A DNA stretch of 64,000 bases, taken from assembly GCA_964247055.1 (NCBI GenBank), contig OZ176056.1, positions 4,216,001-4,280,000 of the forward strand, given 5' to 3'. Below are positions 24,958 through 60,900 of the stretch, piece by piece. This stretch comes from Paragordius varius. Taxonomy: Eukaryota > Animalia > Nematomorpha. The number at the start of each line of letters is the position of its first letter. The stretch's first letter is position 1. The translations under genes were made by a program, and so were the position numbers. The notes under the pieces were generated by a model. That model made no database searches. It was given only the letters and a program-made list of their open reading frames with translations, and had not been told where the DNA came from.

Positions 24958-25669
24958 ATCGTTTGATAGAAAAAATTAAAATATTTTAAATGTATGCATG
25001 CAATATTACATAGTTTATAATATTGTTTTGTTTCAAGCTTATGTATGTATTAATGAATGCGATTATTTTATTAATTTATAGAATTTCGTTTATTCATTCA
25101 TTGGCAATCATAATAAATATGTATTTTCTGTAATTTATATTTTATAATTTTAAATATTTTAGTATAGGTACATAAAAATGGTTAAATTTGTTAACATTTA
25201 GTAACTTAAAAAAGTACTTCCTTTGTCCTTTAAGGAATTCCTAAATAATTAATCAGGTTTCAGATTATTGGTTAAAGCATTCTTTTCGGATTGTGCAAAT
25301 TTGCACTCTATGTAACCGTGGAATTCTTTTTAATATAAAAGTAGGAATAGTTTTGAATGTGATTTTAACTGTTTCAAAATATATTATTTATTCTGTTTTG
25401 ACTTGTCGGCGTAAGACAATACTCTTTTCTATCCTTAAAATGGAAAATGCCCAACACAAATGGCTTAGCCGGCCGCACTTTTAAGACTTAAAGCGGGCCC
25501 GAAAATATTTACTGCCATTAGTTAATTTATTATTTTAAATACTAGACTGCAAAAAATTCGAATTCAATATATTTCTTTTACCATTTTTTGGTGCAATTGT
25601 CAAATTTTGAAAGATATTTTTAAATTTGGTGGCCTGACATTCAATGTGCCAAAACAAAAAAAGCTTTAT

Positions 25670-27697
25670 TCTATATATTTATTAAAAAGGGAAAATGCTG
25701 GCTTTGTGATCTGTTTCCGGAAAACCGGTAGACCCATTCAAATGTAAATGGCGAAAATATATAATCATTAATGAATGCCCGACATGAATTAAAATGGGTT
25801 TTTTTGAAAACAAAAGTCCACGAAAATCGTGTCTTTGAGACAATTTTCCGGTATACGTTAGCCCTTTCAATTTAAAATATGATTTTATTTTACTTTTTTT
25901 CGATTGCGCCGAACATAGTCAGTTCGCTTTTATTTAGTCCGTCTTTTTGCCCGCTCCTCCCGTAAAATGCCATTTTTTCAAAAAAAATTATCCACAAAAA
26001 TAATTTTTTGAATCTATTTTTCGCCAAAGGTATGAGACCGTAAGAATTCGATGAATATTCCAAATATTCCCTGTTAAAAGGTAAAAGTTTTCATGCGTTT
26101 TATTTATATTGGCTGCTGGGTAGGAGGATACCCGCTAAAAACTGCCCCATCATATCATAATAGGGTGCCTTTGGGGCTAAATTTCAGAAAACCGTTCAGG
26201 CCATACGGGTTCAATCAATAGGCTTGGAATATTAGCAACAAGGCAAAAATATAGGTCTTATGAAAATTAGCCGTTAATTAGGCCCTTCAAAAACGCTATA
26301 ATTGAACTATTATTTAGTTTTAAAGCCATTCTTCCAAAAACCATTAAGAACATATGAATGAATGAAGATTCCAGGTTCCCCTATAAAGGCAAAAAAATTT
26401 CTTGACCGTCTTTTTATACTGGCTTCTGGGCAGGGTGCTACCCGCCAATGCGCCACCATATCGATACAACGTGAGTTTGGAGGCAAATTTTAGAAATCAT
26501 ATCAGGCCATATATGTTTAATAAGGGAATATCCGTAAAAAAGCAAAAATATAAGTAGAGCGGTTTTATTAAACTACACCTTAATTAGGCCCTTGCTCTGT
26601 AAAATGCGCTACCATAGAATGTATTTTTGGTTTTGAGGCAATTTTTCGAAAATCCCACGAGAGCATATGGAATCAATGATTCCAGGTATTACCCGAATTA
26701 AGGGTAAAACATTTTAATTGAGCGTTTTTTTCGTTTCGCCCCTGGTTAGGGGGTTACCCGCGTAAAACTGCATCATCACGATACAACATGCCTTTGGAGC
26801 CAAATTTCAGAAAACCTATAAATCTAATGGGAACATATAGAATCCATGATAAAGATGATCCCCATTTAAAGGCAAAAATTTTGCCCAGCGCTAATATCTG
26901 CTCCTGGGTTAGAAGCTACCCGCCAAAAACTTCGCCACTATATAGATATTGCTTAGTTTTATAGCTAATTTACAGAAAATTTATGAAGCCATATGAGCTC
27001 ATTAAAAGCTTAAAATATTAGCCGTAACTAGGTAAAAATTAAGGTCGGGCTTTTTTTATTAGCCGTTAATTTGGGGCCTTTATGCCCTAAAAAACGCCAT
27101 CATATAACAATTATTTATGTTGAGGTATTTTTTCGAGCAACCTATAAGACGATGGCATCAAAGATGATTCCGAATATTTGCCCTATGGCAAAGAATTTAA
27201 TTCAGCGCTCTTTCCATATAGGATGGGTAGGGGTCTACCGATTTTAAATTGAGACCCCATACAAAAATGGCGTGGTTTCGAAGCTAATTCTCAAAAAACT
27301 AAAGAAGCCATACGAGCTCAGTAAACACATTTTTCGGGAATATGTATGATATCATTCTTACCTTTATAAAGGAACCACAAGATTTACTTTTTATATTCCT
27401 GATGCCAGCTGTGTGAACACAAATGCAAAACTTTTAACCAAGATTTCGTAAAACGAAAATGTTAAAATAATTCCAACGATAATTGAATATTAACTTTAAT
27501 AAGGGACGGTTTGAATATGGTCAATTTTGATTAAACAATATTTGAGCCTATACAATAACATGTAAAGGTATAATTAAAGACATTATTTTTATTAAATATG
27601 TTTTTTTATTTTTTTTATCTTCTTACCTCTATTTATTGCATATTAAGAATTATCGCGGTTAGACTACGTCACAGCAAAGCGTGACAGGGCCAGCTAG
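25670..27697 (+). mobile_element. Non-autonomous Helitron-like element with internal degenerate tandem subrepeats
   Basis: 5' TCTATATATTTATT. 3' hairpin GTCAC-agcaaagc-GTGAC followed by AGGGCCAG-CTAG|T. No TIR or TSD seen. Colinear with 36561-38526. Confidence 0.65.
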
Positions 27698-28170
27698 TGT
27701 TTAATAAAAATCGATCATTCAAGCATAAAATAATACTTTTTTAATTAACTAAGAAAAGTGAAATAATTTATAAGGGGAACGGATGGAGAGACATGAATAT
27801 ATTTTATACAAGGGTTCCTATTTTAATCCCTGATGTATAATAATAACAAAATAAACTATTATTTAAAACAATTTAATTGTACGACAATTTGCATATCGTT
27901 AAATATTAGGTTAGATAAGCTTTATAAATATAATCATGGTGTTCAGATGTTGTAAATTTTTTAATGCGTGTGTTTATAATATTATTCTAATCGATATTCA
28001 CTTGTTTTGGACATTTATCTAACGTAATCACAACAAAAAAGTAAGGTCACTCGATATATAATTAACATATAAATATTTGTATAAATATTTCATTTTTATA
28101 CAATTATTTTATCCGCTATTGCATATATCTAAATTACTAAATAATTTAACCGAAAAAACGTTTGAAAAAA

Positions 28171-35077
<6,907 letters not shown>

Positions 35078-36560
35078 GATAATACCACCCCATAATAAAG
35101 AAATATGCAGCTAAAAATGGAACTAAAAATTAACCCTATTGAATATATGAATTGATATATTAATAATTTTTTTATATGTATTTCATTATTTTAATATTTG
35201 ACATTTTTTAAAAAACGTACTATTTTTCGCCCAAACCCAAACCAATTTGCAATGCACTTATCCAAATTTAAAGTCTCCTTTTTATTAGACATCAAATTTA
35301 TTATTGATGCAAAAGCAAAAATAAATTTGCTAATGTTAAATTTGAAATAACTTACTTTAAGAGGCAAGCAAAGATTCTATTTATTTTGCATAGCAATACT
35401 CTGAGGTGGCTAACCCTGTCTGTAATTATATGATACTAAGTTACGTAATATGTAAAAATATTCAATATTGTTTAAAAATTGTTAGATAACCCAACTGATA
35501 ATCGATAAAAGTATAAAAAAACACTTTTATTTCTATTCATAGGCAAAAAAATATGATATTTAGTTTAGGAGACTCTCTCTAAATAATGACGGATTTTGAG
35601 TAACATATAAAATATTCATATATGATTTTCCTAAAATAGTAGTATTTGGGTTAAAACTACCCGTTGAATTGAAATAACGAGGTGAAACGGACAAGAGCGG
35701 TTTTAAAGCACGCGGGAAAGATTACGACGAAACAATGATTTACAATACATTGCTGTAATTGATTGTTTTACATGAATACATAAAAATTAGATATTTTTAA
35801 AAATATATATTTTTTTCCGTTAGCAAAATTTTAAAAATTATTAAAAAATCTTAATTGTACTTAATCAATATAATGATTAACAGGCTTAGAATTCCCGTTA
35901 TAACGAAATTATGAAACATTTATAAAAGTATGTTGATTTTTTTAAATGTTTCGTTGAAATACGCTATAAAACTATGAAATGAATTGTATTATTTAATAAA
36001 TTGCGCAGATGGCTGTAAAGTGAGCTAAATGGGAATGGGAAATTTAAGTAATACCTTACTCAGAAAATATTACACATAAAATGTAAAAGTCTGACAGTCT
36101 AATTAGGAATCGGAGTTGCATAAACGATGAAACTCACCAAAAAATTTAAAGGGCTGTAAAAAATATTTCTTGTCTCAAGGGCTTCATGTACCATATAATA
36201 CCGAAAAAAATAGTGGTTTGACACATTTGCCATATATTTCCAATCAAAAGAAGTATCCCCAAAAATTCAATATATATTCAAACAGGGCCACTAAAAGCAC
36301 TTTTGGGGCCGCATGCAGTCCGTGAGCCAAGTGTTGAATACTACTGATTCAAAAGAAAAATGGCGTTGGAACCATAAATGGTTTTTACCTTAATCCATGA
36401 AAAATATGTTTAAAACAACAACCCATATCCTCATCATATTTTGAATTTTCCAATCTTTTACAATTAAATTATAAATATTTTTTAACTTAAACAGTTTCAT
36501 TGAAACAATAATAAATTTGTTAGTTGATTTCATGCTTAATTAGTATGTTTATTACATTAA

Positions 36561-38526
36561 TCTATATATTTATAAAAATGGAAAATGTTGGCTTTGTGAT
36601 CTGTTTGCGGAAAACCGGCAGACCCATTAAAATCCAAATTTTTTGAATTAGGTTTTAGTTGGGGCCCACCCCGTGTAAAAAACGGATTTTTTTGAAAAGA
36701 CAAGTCCAAAAAATCGTGTCTTTGAGACAGTTTGGAGAACGTGTTGGACCATTCAATTTCAAATATGATTTTTGTTTACTTATTTTCCGATTGCGCCGAA
36801 CATAGTCGGCTCGCTCTTTTAATTTATGCCCTTTTTTTACCCGCTCCCCCCGTGAAATGCCATTTTTTTCCAAAAAATTAAGTCCACAAAAATAATTTTT
36901 TGAATATATTTTTCGCCCACCCGTAAAAATTCAAAGGATTCCAAGTATTCCCTGTTATAAGGCCAAAATTTTAGTCGATCGTTTCTTTTATATTATCTGC
37001 TGGGTAAAATAGCCGCTAAAAACTGCCCCGTCATATCAAAATGCTTTTGGGGCTAAATTTCAGAAAACCTATTAGACCATATGAGTTCAATCCGTGATTA
37101 GAATATTACCCGTAAAAAGGCAAAAATTTAGGTCGGGCGGTGTTATGAAATTAGCCGTTATTTAGGCTCTCACGCCTAAAAAAACGCCACCATAGAATAA
37201 TTTTTTAGTTTTGGGGGAATTTTTCCAAAAACCAATGAGAGCTTGTGGAATCAATCATGATTCCCGGTTTCTCCGTTAAAAGGCAAAATATAGCGCTTTT
37301 TTGTATTAGCCTCTGGGTAGGGAGTTTTACCTGTCTAAAACTACGCCATATATCGTAATTGCGTTGTTTAGGTGTTAATTTTCAAACTTGTCAGGCCACA
37401 TAAGTTTATAGGGGCTTGAAATATTACCTGTAAAAAGGCAAAAATTTAAGTCGAGCGTTTTTTTAAATTAGCCGTTAATTGCCCTTTAGGCCCTAAAAAA
37501 TGGGCTATCATTGAACTATTATTTAGTTTTGAAGCCATTCTTTCAAAAACTATCAAGAACATATGGAATAAAGTATGATTCCAGGTATTACCCGAATTAA
37601 AAATTTTAATAGAGCGTTTTTTTTGACGCCCCTGGTTAGGGGGATACCCATGTAAAACAGCGTCACCATATCGATACAGCATGCCTTTGGAGCTAAATTT
37701 CAGAAAACCTATGAGTCTAATAGGAATATGTGGAATCCATGATAATTACAGATATTCCCCATATAAAGGCAAAAAATTTGCTCAACATTTTTTTATACCT
37801 GCTTCTGGGTAAAGAAAAACCCGCCAAAAACTGCGCCACTATATAGAATTTACGTTGTTTTGGAGCTAATTTTCAGAAAATTTATGAAGCCATATTAGCT
37901 CATTAAAGCTTGAAATATTACCCGTAACTAGGCAAAATTAAGGTCAGGCTTATTTTTATTTGCCTTTAATATAGGGACTATATGCCCTAAAAATACGCCA
38001 GCCTATAACGATTATTAGTGTTGAGGTATTTTTTCTAACCCATGTATCAAAGATGATTCTAAATATTTTCCCTATAAAGGCAAATTTAACTCAGCGTTTA
38101 TATAGGTCTATGGATAGGGGTCTACCTGTTTAAAACTGAGACGCCATACAAAATTGGCGTGGTTTTGGATCTAATTTTCAAAAAACCTAAGAAGCCATAC
38201 GAGTTCAATTAATCACATTTCTGGGGAATTATTATAGTATTTTTCCTTTAAAAAAGGGACCTACCCCTTGATCCCAGCTGTGTGAACACAATTTCAAAAT
38301 AAAATATAAATCCAATGATAATGGAATATTAACTTTAATAAAGAAAAGTTAAAATATGGTCGATTTCGAGCAACCAATATTTGAGCCTATGCAAAACCCG
38401 TAAAAGAATACATTCTTTTTGTTAAATATGTTTTTTATTATTTTTTATCTCAATTATTAATTGCAAATTGTTAAGAAGAATTATCAGTGAGCGTACGTCA
38501 CAGCGAAGCGTGACAGGGCCAGTTAA
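36561..38526 (+). mobile_element. Non-autonomous Helitron-like element, second copy
   Basis: A|TCTATATATTTATAAAAATGG start. 3' GTCACAGCGAAGCGTGAC hairpin followed by AGGGCCAG-TTAA|T (degenerate CTAG). Colinear with 25670-27697. Confidence 0.62.
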
Positions 38527-39014
38527 TATTTTAATAAACTCATTATCTTTGTTTTTTTGAAAGGCGGGTGAGGAGTAGGACGCAAGAATTTTTTTCCTCA
38601 CAATGTAGAGGCATGAGAAGAGAATGTTTTAAAAGGGTACCTACCTTTTTGATTAAATTAAGTTTAAATTTTTTGGTAATATTTTTATAACATTAACCGT
38701 AGATCATTTATACTTGTTTGCACGTATTATTCATAATGTGTAAAAATCAGGGTATCTTAAACATTTAACCAAGATACAAACTGAAAACATTTTAAGAAAT
38801 TAATAATGAGCCAAAATCACAAACGGTTCTAATTCCAATCCTATAAAAAATATTAATAATTACACAAAATGTGGATGTAAACGAATAACTTTCTGGAAAA
38901 CCGCCAACATTTTTAACGGCAAAATCAGTAATATTTTCTTAAAAACTGTACTAAGAAAAAAGTGTGTTTAGCAAAAAAACACTGCGTTTCAACAATAATA
39001 AGTGATATTATATA

Positions 39015-40279
39015 CACTGTGTGCATAAAGAGGGTCATTTTGATTTAACGAAAATATTTTTTTTTCATATATAGCTTATGACCAGCGTATTCATTTGCCG
39101 CAAAAATTTTTATTTGTTGACAACCTAGTTTTTGAAATATTGAGAGAAAATCGAAATCGGGCAAAAAGTGAAAATTAAGGATAATTAAGGAATAATGATA
39201 AAATCTGAAATATTATTTATTATCTTTTTTGGAGATATTTTCAATATATAAATAGCCTAAAATCATATAGTAAGGGTTTCTATAAAATCTCAACTCAAAA
39301 GATGGCGTTTTTTTTATCACACTTAAAAGACAAAAAAATTAAATGAAACTATATTAAAATAATTTTTTTTAATTATTTACTACCTAAACTCACTATTTAA
39401 CATTCATATTTTATTCAGTAAAATAAACTTCTAAATTAAAATAAAACCAAAAATATTGTTTTTTTATTTTTGCATTTTGTGTCATCTAGTTTATGAATGT
39501 ATAAAAAATTTATACTGTTTTATTTTGGATTCTTACATGAGTGCAAATTATAAAGTATATAATTTATGCAAAAGAGGATTTAAAAATAGTGAAATATCAA
39601 CCAACAATCCTTACAAATCCCTGTAACAAGTCTGTTTTATGACAAATAAATATTTCTATTGGGATTTGACGGATTGTTGGTTGAAATTCCACTACTTTTG
39701 AATCCTATTTTGCATAAATTCTATACTTTATAATTCCCACTCATGTTAGAATCCAAAATAAAACATTATAAATTTTTTATACACTCATAAACCGGATGAC
39801 AAAAAATGCATAAATAAAAAACATATTTTTGGTTTTAATATGATATATATCTATTTTTTACTAAATAAAATATAAATTTTAAAATTTTAATAGTGAGTTT
39901 AAGTAAATAATTATAAAAAATTATTTTATAGTTTCATTAAATTTTTTTTGTCTTTTAAGTGAGAAAGAAAAACGCTATCTTTTGAGCTGAAATTTTATAG
40001 AAACCCTAACTATATGATTTTAGGATATTTATATATTGAAAATATCTCCTAAAATTATAATAAACCATAATATTTCAAAATTTATCATTATTTTTTGAAT
40101 TATCCTTAATTATCCCTAATTTTCACTTTTTGGTCAATTTCGATTTTCTCTCAATATTTCAAAAACTAGGTTGCAACAAATAAAAATTTTTGCGGCAAAT
40201 GAATACGCTGGTCATAAGCTTCATGAAAAAAATTTTTTTTGTAAAAATTTTTTTTGTAAAAATTTTTTTTCACACAGTG
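39015..40279. mobile_element. Foldback element, near-complete 1265-bp palindrome
   Basis: TA|CACTGTGTG...CACACAGTG|TA. The arms pair almost to the centre (~39640). A second copy lies at about 51232-52458. Confidence 0.85.
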
Positions 40280-40583
40280 TATATAATACAATTGCTATAT
40301 AATCTCTTAAACTAAATTACACGGCAAATTAAGGTCAATTTCATTAAAAAATAAAAAATTTTGACATCCAAACAAATATTAATATCAGTTTGATATATAA
40401 ATCTTTGATCTTACAATTCGAATATTATTACTATATATCTTTACCTGTTTAAGGACACGCGTTAATGTATTGTAATAACGAAAGTAAGGTTATTTCATAT
40501 ATTATTAATTTATATATTTGTAATTTCATTTAAATAATTATTTTATCATTTAATCTTCAAAATTTTTACCATTTTATAAGAAA

Positions 40584-46161
<5,578 letters not shown>

Positions 46162-47654
46162 ACTTAAATGAATTTCCAGAACAAGCTTTAATATAATTAT
46201 ATATGCTAAAGAAATAAAAATCCAATATCTTTATATTTATTAATGATAATTGTCATAAATAAATATTAATTTTATAATGAATGTGTATTCTATCATATTG
46301 AGATTTAGATACCAGCTTGCACAGAAAGAAACTAAACAAAAAAGATATACAGTCGGCTGTTTTTATGAAGTTTTGAAAAAATTGTAATTTATGAATTTAC
46401 ATGGCCAAAACTATCAAAATATATAGTAAATACCTAATTTCTAAGTTGGTGTTAAACATGGAAATTTATAAAAGTGTATGAAACAAAATGCAAAAATCTG
46501 TTTTTTGTCATATTAAAAATACCTCTTATATGTTTAAATATGTATATGGGGATTTTGAAATGTCAAATATTTGACTAAAAGTTATTTCTAACCTCATAGC
46601 TTTTTTTAAACTTTAAATATTCAACACTAATTACCCGTTTATTTGCATTCACCCCTGATTAAGACTATTTGGCATTATTATATAATTACTTCAATATCCA
46701 GCAATTTTTTATTTGAACCAATTTAAATCGATCATCTATTACTTTTTTAACATGATGTAAAATTGTAAATAACACATCCTTTTTCAACTTTTTAGTTTTT
46801 TATCGTTATAAGACATAAAAAGTTTACTATGATAAAATATTTATACTTAACAGCTCATATAACCAAATATTAACTTTTAAATAATTTTCCGGAAATCACG
46901 TAAATATAATGATAAATAATTTTATACAATTATAAATGGTCCGTATATAGTTGAGTCATTTTGGTAAGTTACTGCCTGCTGCCGTCAAAGCCCCCCATAA
47001 AAATACGCCAAATTAATATTAGTTGTGTGATAACATTTAATTGATATAAATATTGTGGTTTTATTGGAATAAAAATAATTAAATCAATTTAGATGAAACG
47101 AATGGAAATAACGCAAGATATAACTGCGGTTATCTCTGTGAGCTGCTTTATTTTCCCCGCAAATTTCTTTGAATAAATAATGACCCAGTTTTAATTAATT
47201 TGCATGTCAAAAAAATAATTATTTTGACAAAATCAGAGCGAAGCTTACAGGACCCAGTTAGAAAAAGGTATATGAGAAAAAATGGATATTGGCATATATA
47301 TATAAAAAAAATCTCAACCAATATCATAAGAGAAATTTCAGATCACAAGAAAATTGTTATAGGAATTTCTTAACCTGCCTCCTTTCATTCCATTCAATGT
47401 TATGGTTGATAAATTTTACAAAATTTATATTTCATTATCCGTAAATTTGGATAAAATAACTAATTGAATAATTCTGATTTAGGATGTCTCAAAAAAAATA
47501 CACCTTTTATAAGAAGACAAGACTATGTAATTACAACAAAAGTAAGGTCACTCATCTTATTATCATAAAAATAATAAAATAAATATTTTTTTTAATTAGT
47601 TTTTTTCCTCAAATATTTATCGTTTTCACCAAATATATTAAAATTTATAAGAAA

Positions 47655-57475
<9,821 letters not shown>

Positions 57476-57969
57476 GTATTATATTTTTGTAATATTAGTT
57501 ATTTAATCAGAAAAAGGGAATAAACTTAAAATATAATTTCTAAGGGTGAATGAGCTGGTCATTACAAAGGGGATTTAAAAATATATTAGAATGGTTTTTC
57601 ATAACCTGTTTTAAACTTAAACTCCTTAGCTATTTAAATGGCTTTCTAAAATGATATTTTTGGAGAATAACAAATATATAATTTTAGCCGCTAAATATCA
57701 ACTCTATGTTTTGATAGCGTAGTAAATCCAGAAACCGTAAAACACTAATATTTATTCAGATAAAATGCTAAATTTCTATATACAGTTTGCGATGTTTATA
57801 TACTTTTTGTGTATATAATATTTACATGTTAAACTAAGGTAAAATAACGTGTGCAGGTTAAATACAAAATTGATACAATAGTTTAACTCATATATAAAAG
57901 GTCATCAAAAAGTGTATTCAAAACTAATATATAAATTTGTCTCGTCTAAGGTTAGCTAACTTGATGTTT

Positions 57970-60900
57970 TCTAATCTATCATATCTCCTTATCCAAATCC
58001 GAGCCGATCTGATGCTTTTCTTCCCCTAAGAGGACATCTCCTTCCAGGTTCTTTCTCGGTTGTCTTTTCCGTTCTTATTTCAGCCTGGATGTCTTTCTAG
58101 TTTTTTTTCTTTGTTTGGATCCTCCCCCATCTCCCGATTATTGGTTGTAATCCCTTCATCTGTTTGGTTCATCGTTAACTCGTTTCCTTTTGCCTTCTAC
58201 CTTCCCAAACATTGTATCTTTCTCTAAAGAATTCGATCGCCTGACATGATTAAAATATAACTTTCTTTTTATAATTATCTCCAGGATGTTTGTTTTAGGT
58301 TTTATTTCTGTAGTTACATTTTCATTCTTAATTTTATCCTTCCAGGTGTATCCTAGCATCCTACGCCAGGAGCTCCTTTCAAAAGCCATGAGCCTTTCTT
58401 TGTCGTTTTTTCTAAGACTCCAACTCTCACATCCATATGTGGTGACCGGGAGAACGAAACAGTAGAGTAATCTTTTTTTGGTTTCAACTCCTACGCTTTT
58501 GTTTTTCCAAATCTATATTAATTTGGTCATCGCTTCTCTACCCAATCTTATTCTCTTTCTGATGTCAGGAGTTGAAGACCCATCCTCTGAAATCATTGCG
58601 CCCAAAAACGTTAACTGTTTAACTATTATTTCTACTCCTTCTATGAAAATTGTAGGCTTTTCTAGGATTAAGCTTAAGACCATAACTCAAACTTTCCTTT
58701 CGAATCTCTTCAATCAATTCCTTCAAATCATTTACACTTTCAGCTATAAGAGTGGTATCGTCTGCAAATCTTAAATTATTGATTGTTCCCTCCTATTCTT
58801 ACTCCAATATTATTACCATCTAACTTCATTATCATTTCTGTACACATATTAAACAGATAAGGGGATAAGCAACACCCTTGCCTGGCTCCTTTCAAGATAG
58901 GTAATTCGTCTGTGTCCCCCGCTGATGTTCTAATAACACTGTGCAACACGATTTTTAGACCAGAGTGAAAATTACTACATCTTATAGAGAATTTTTCTCT
59001 GAAAATAATGATATATTTAATATTTTCCTAGCACTTTTTCGCGAGCCGCTAAAAGGTTATAAAAATTCAAAAACCATCAAAAATGCCTGTTTTTGTAACC
59101 CTGTAATTTTTTGAATTTTATAGCTTATTATTTATTTTTTGGAGGATATTACAAATTATATTTTAAAATTCATGTAACATTTTAAAATTTTTAAAAGTCT
59201 CTACTACTTTTTGATTTATTTGGAAAAAACGAAACTTAGCTCCAAAAAATTAGCGTTTCAAAACAATGAAAAATTAAGAGACGTGCAGGCACCATACCAT
59301 TTTCTATACATAACAAAATGGAAAAATTTAATGTTAATATTAATTAAAAAATGTAAATATTAATTTTAGGAATAAATTAGTATATTTATAGTATAATTAA
59401 TAAAATAATAAATATATGTTAATATTAATTAAAGAATGTAAATATTAATTTTAGGAATAAATCAAGTATATTTATAAATAAGAATTACTTTTAAACATGC
59501 AAATTTATATGTATTGTACAAGATTATATGAATCATGATATTTTGTTTTTTAATATACGAAAGTTTTTTTCAACAAATAAAAAATACTTTTTAAACATGT
59601 AAATAAATATAAACTGAAATGATGAACTAAAAGAAGAGCAAAAAAGGCATTCATTTGTTTTTTTTCCCGAAAATAACTTTCATAAATTTTATATCCATGA
59701 ATCCCAATGAGGTCATTTTTTATATTATATTGAGAACATTTTATAGTTATAAATTGAATATAATCAATTTTTTTAATTTAAATTTACCCTTTTTTAATTG
59801 TGGCACGTTTAAATAAAATTTAACTTCATTTTTCAATCCATAACATAACTTGAAACAGTAAATAAGACGTTTAAAGGTACGCTTATTTTGATTTTTTGAT
59901 GTGTAAAAAAGCGTTCTGTCGCGTTGTTACAGGTGAAGTTATTATAGGCATTTATTTTTAGCGGCGCAAATGTTTGAGGGACCCTAATTTTTTTTGCCAC
60001 GTCTGTGAACAATACATATTCAGAAACTCACGAATACGAAAAATAAGTGAAAGGGCTAAAGCTGCCTGCGAGGCGAAATTCAATCTACCTTTAATGGACC
60101 AAGACAAGCCATGGAGCCCGCATTCATTTTGTCAAACATGCTAAAATGGTTTATTGGTATGGCCTGATAAAAAAAATTTTGAAAATTGAAGAACCTATGG
60201 TCTGGCATGAACCGAAAGACCATATAACGGATTGCTATTTTTGCTGTTCTAACATTTCCACATTCAACAAATCTGCTAAAAAACAAATTTTATATGCCAA
60301 TACTTCGTCCACTACACCCCCCATTTTTAGGGCAGGAAGAAACACTGATACGTTGAAACCTTATCCACCACTTCCCGTCTAACTATAGTAAAACGAAAAA
60401 TGAATCTTTCTGTATTAAATTTTTTAAAACCTTAGTAGTTTAGAATAAATAAATTTACTTTAAAATTAATAACAAAAATATATAATAACATATTTGAAAT
60501 ATTATAAAAAATCATATAATATTAATTCAAACACATAGATTATTATCCATTAACATTAAATATATATACTATTTTTCATATTTATAAAAAAGCAATTGAA
60601 TTTTATTATTTTAGTAATGTATAATGAAAAGCTGTCAATCAAATGATGCCAGTATGTCTCTTAATTTTTCATTGTTTTGAAACGCTATTTTTTTGGAGCT
60701 AAGTTTCGTTTTTTCCAAATATATCAAAAAGTAGTAGAGACTTTTGAAAATTTTAAAATGTTATATGAATTTTAAAATATAATTTGTAATATCCCCCTAA
60801 AAAAATATAATAAGCTATATAATTCAAAAAGTTATAGGGTTACAAAAACAGGCATTTTTGATGGTTTTTGGATTTTTGAAACCTTTTAGCGGCTCGTGAA

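Noticed and set aside
25670-27697. Regularly recurring subrepeats as a possible CRISPR-like array
   Set aside because: Eukaryotic context, degenerate repeats with homologous rather than unique spacers, and no cas genes.
35650-35740. Locally GC-richer stretch that might be a structural RNA fragment
   Set aside because: No convincing rRNA or tRNA motif or fold recognised; an Rfam/Infernal search would be needed.
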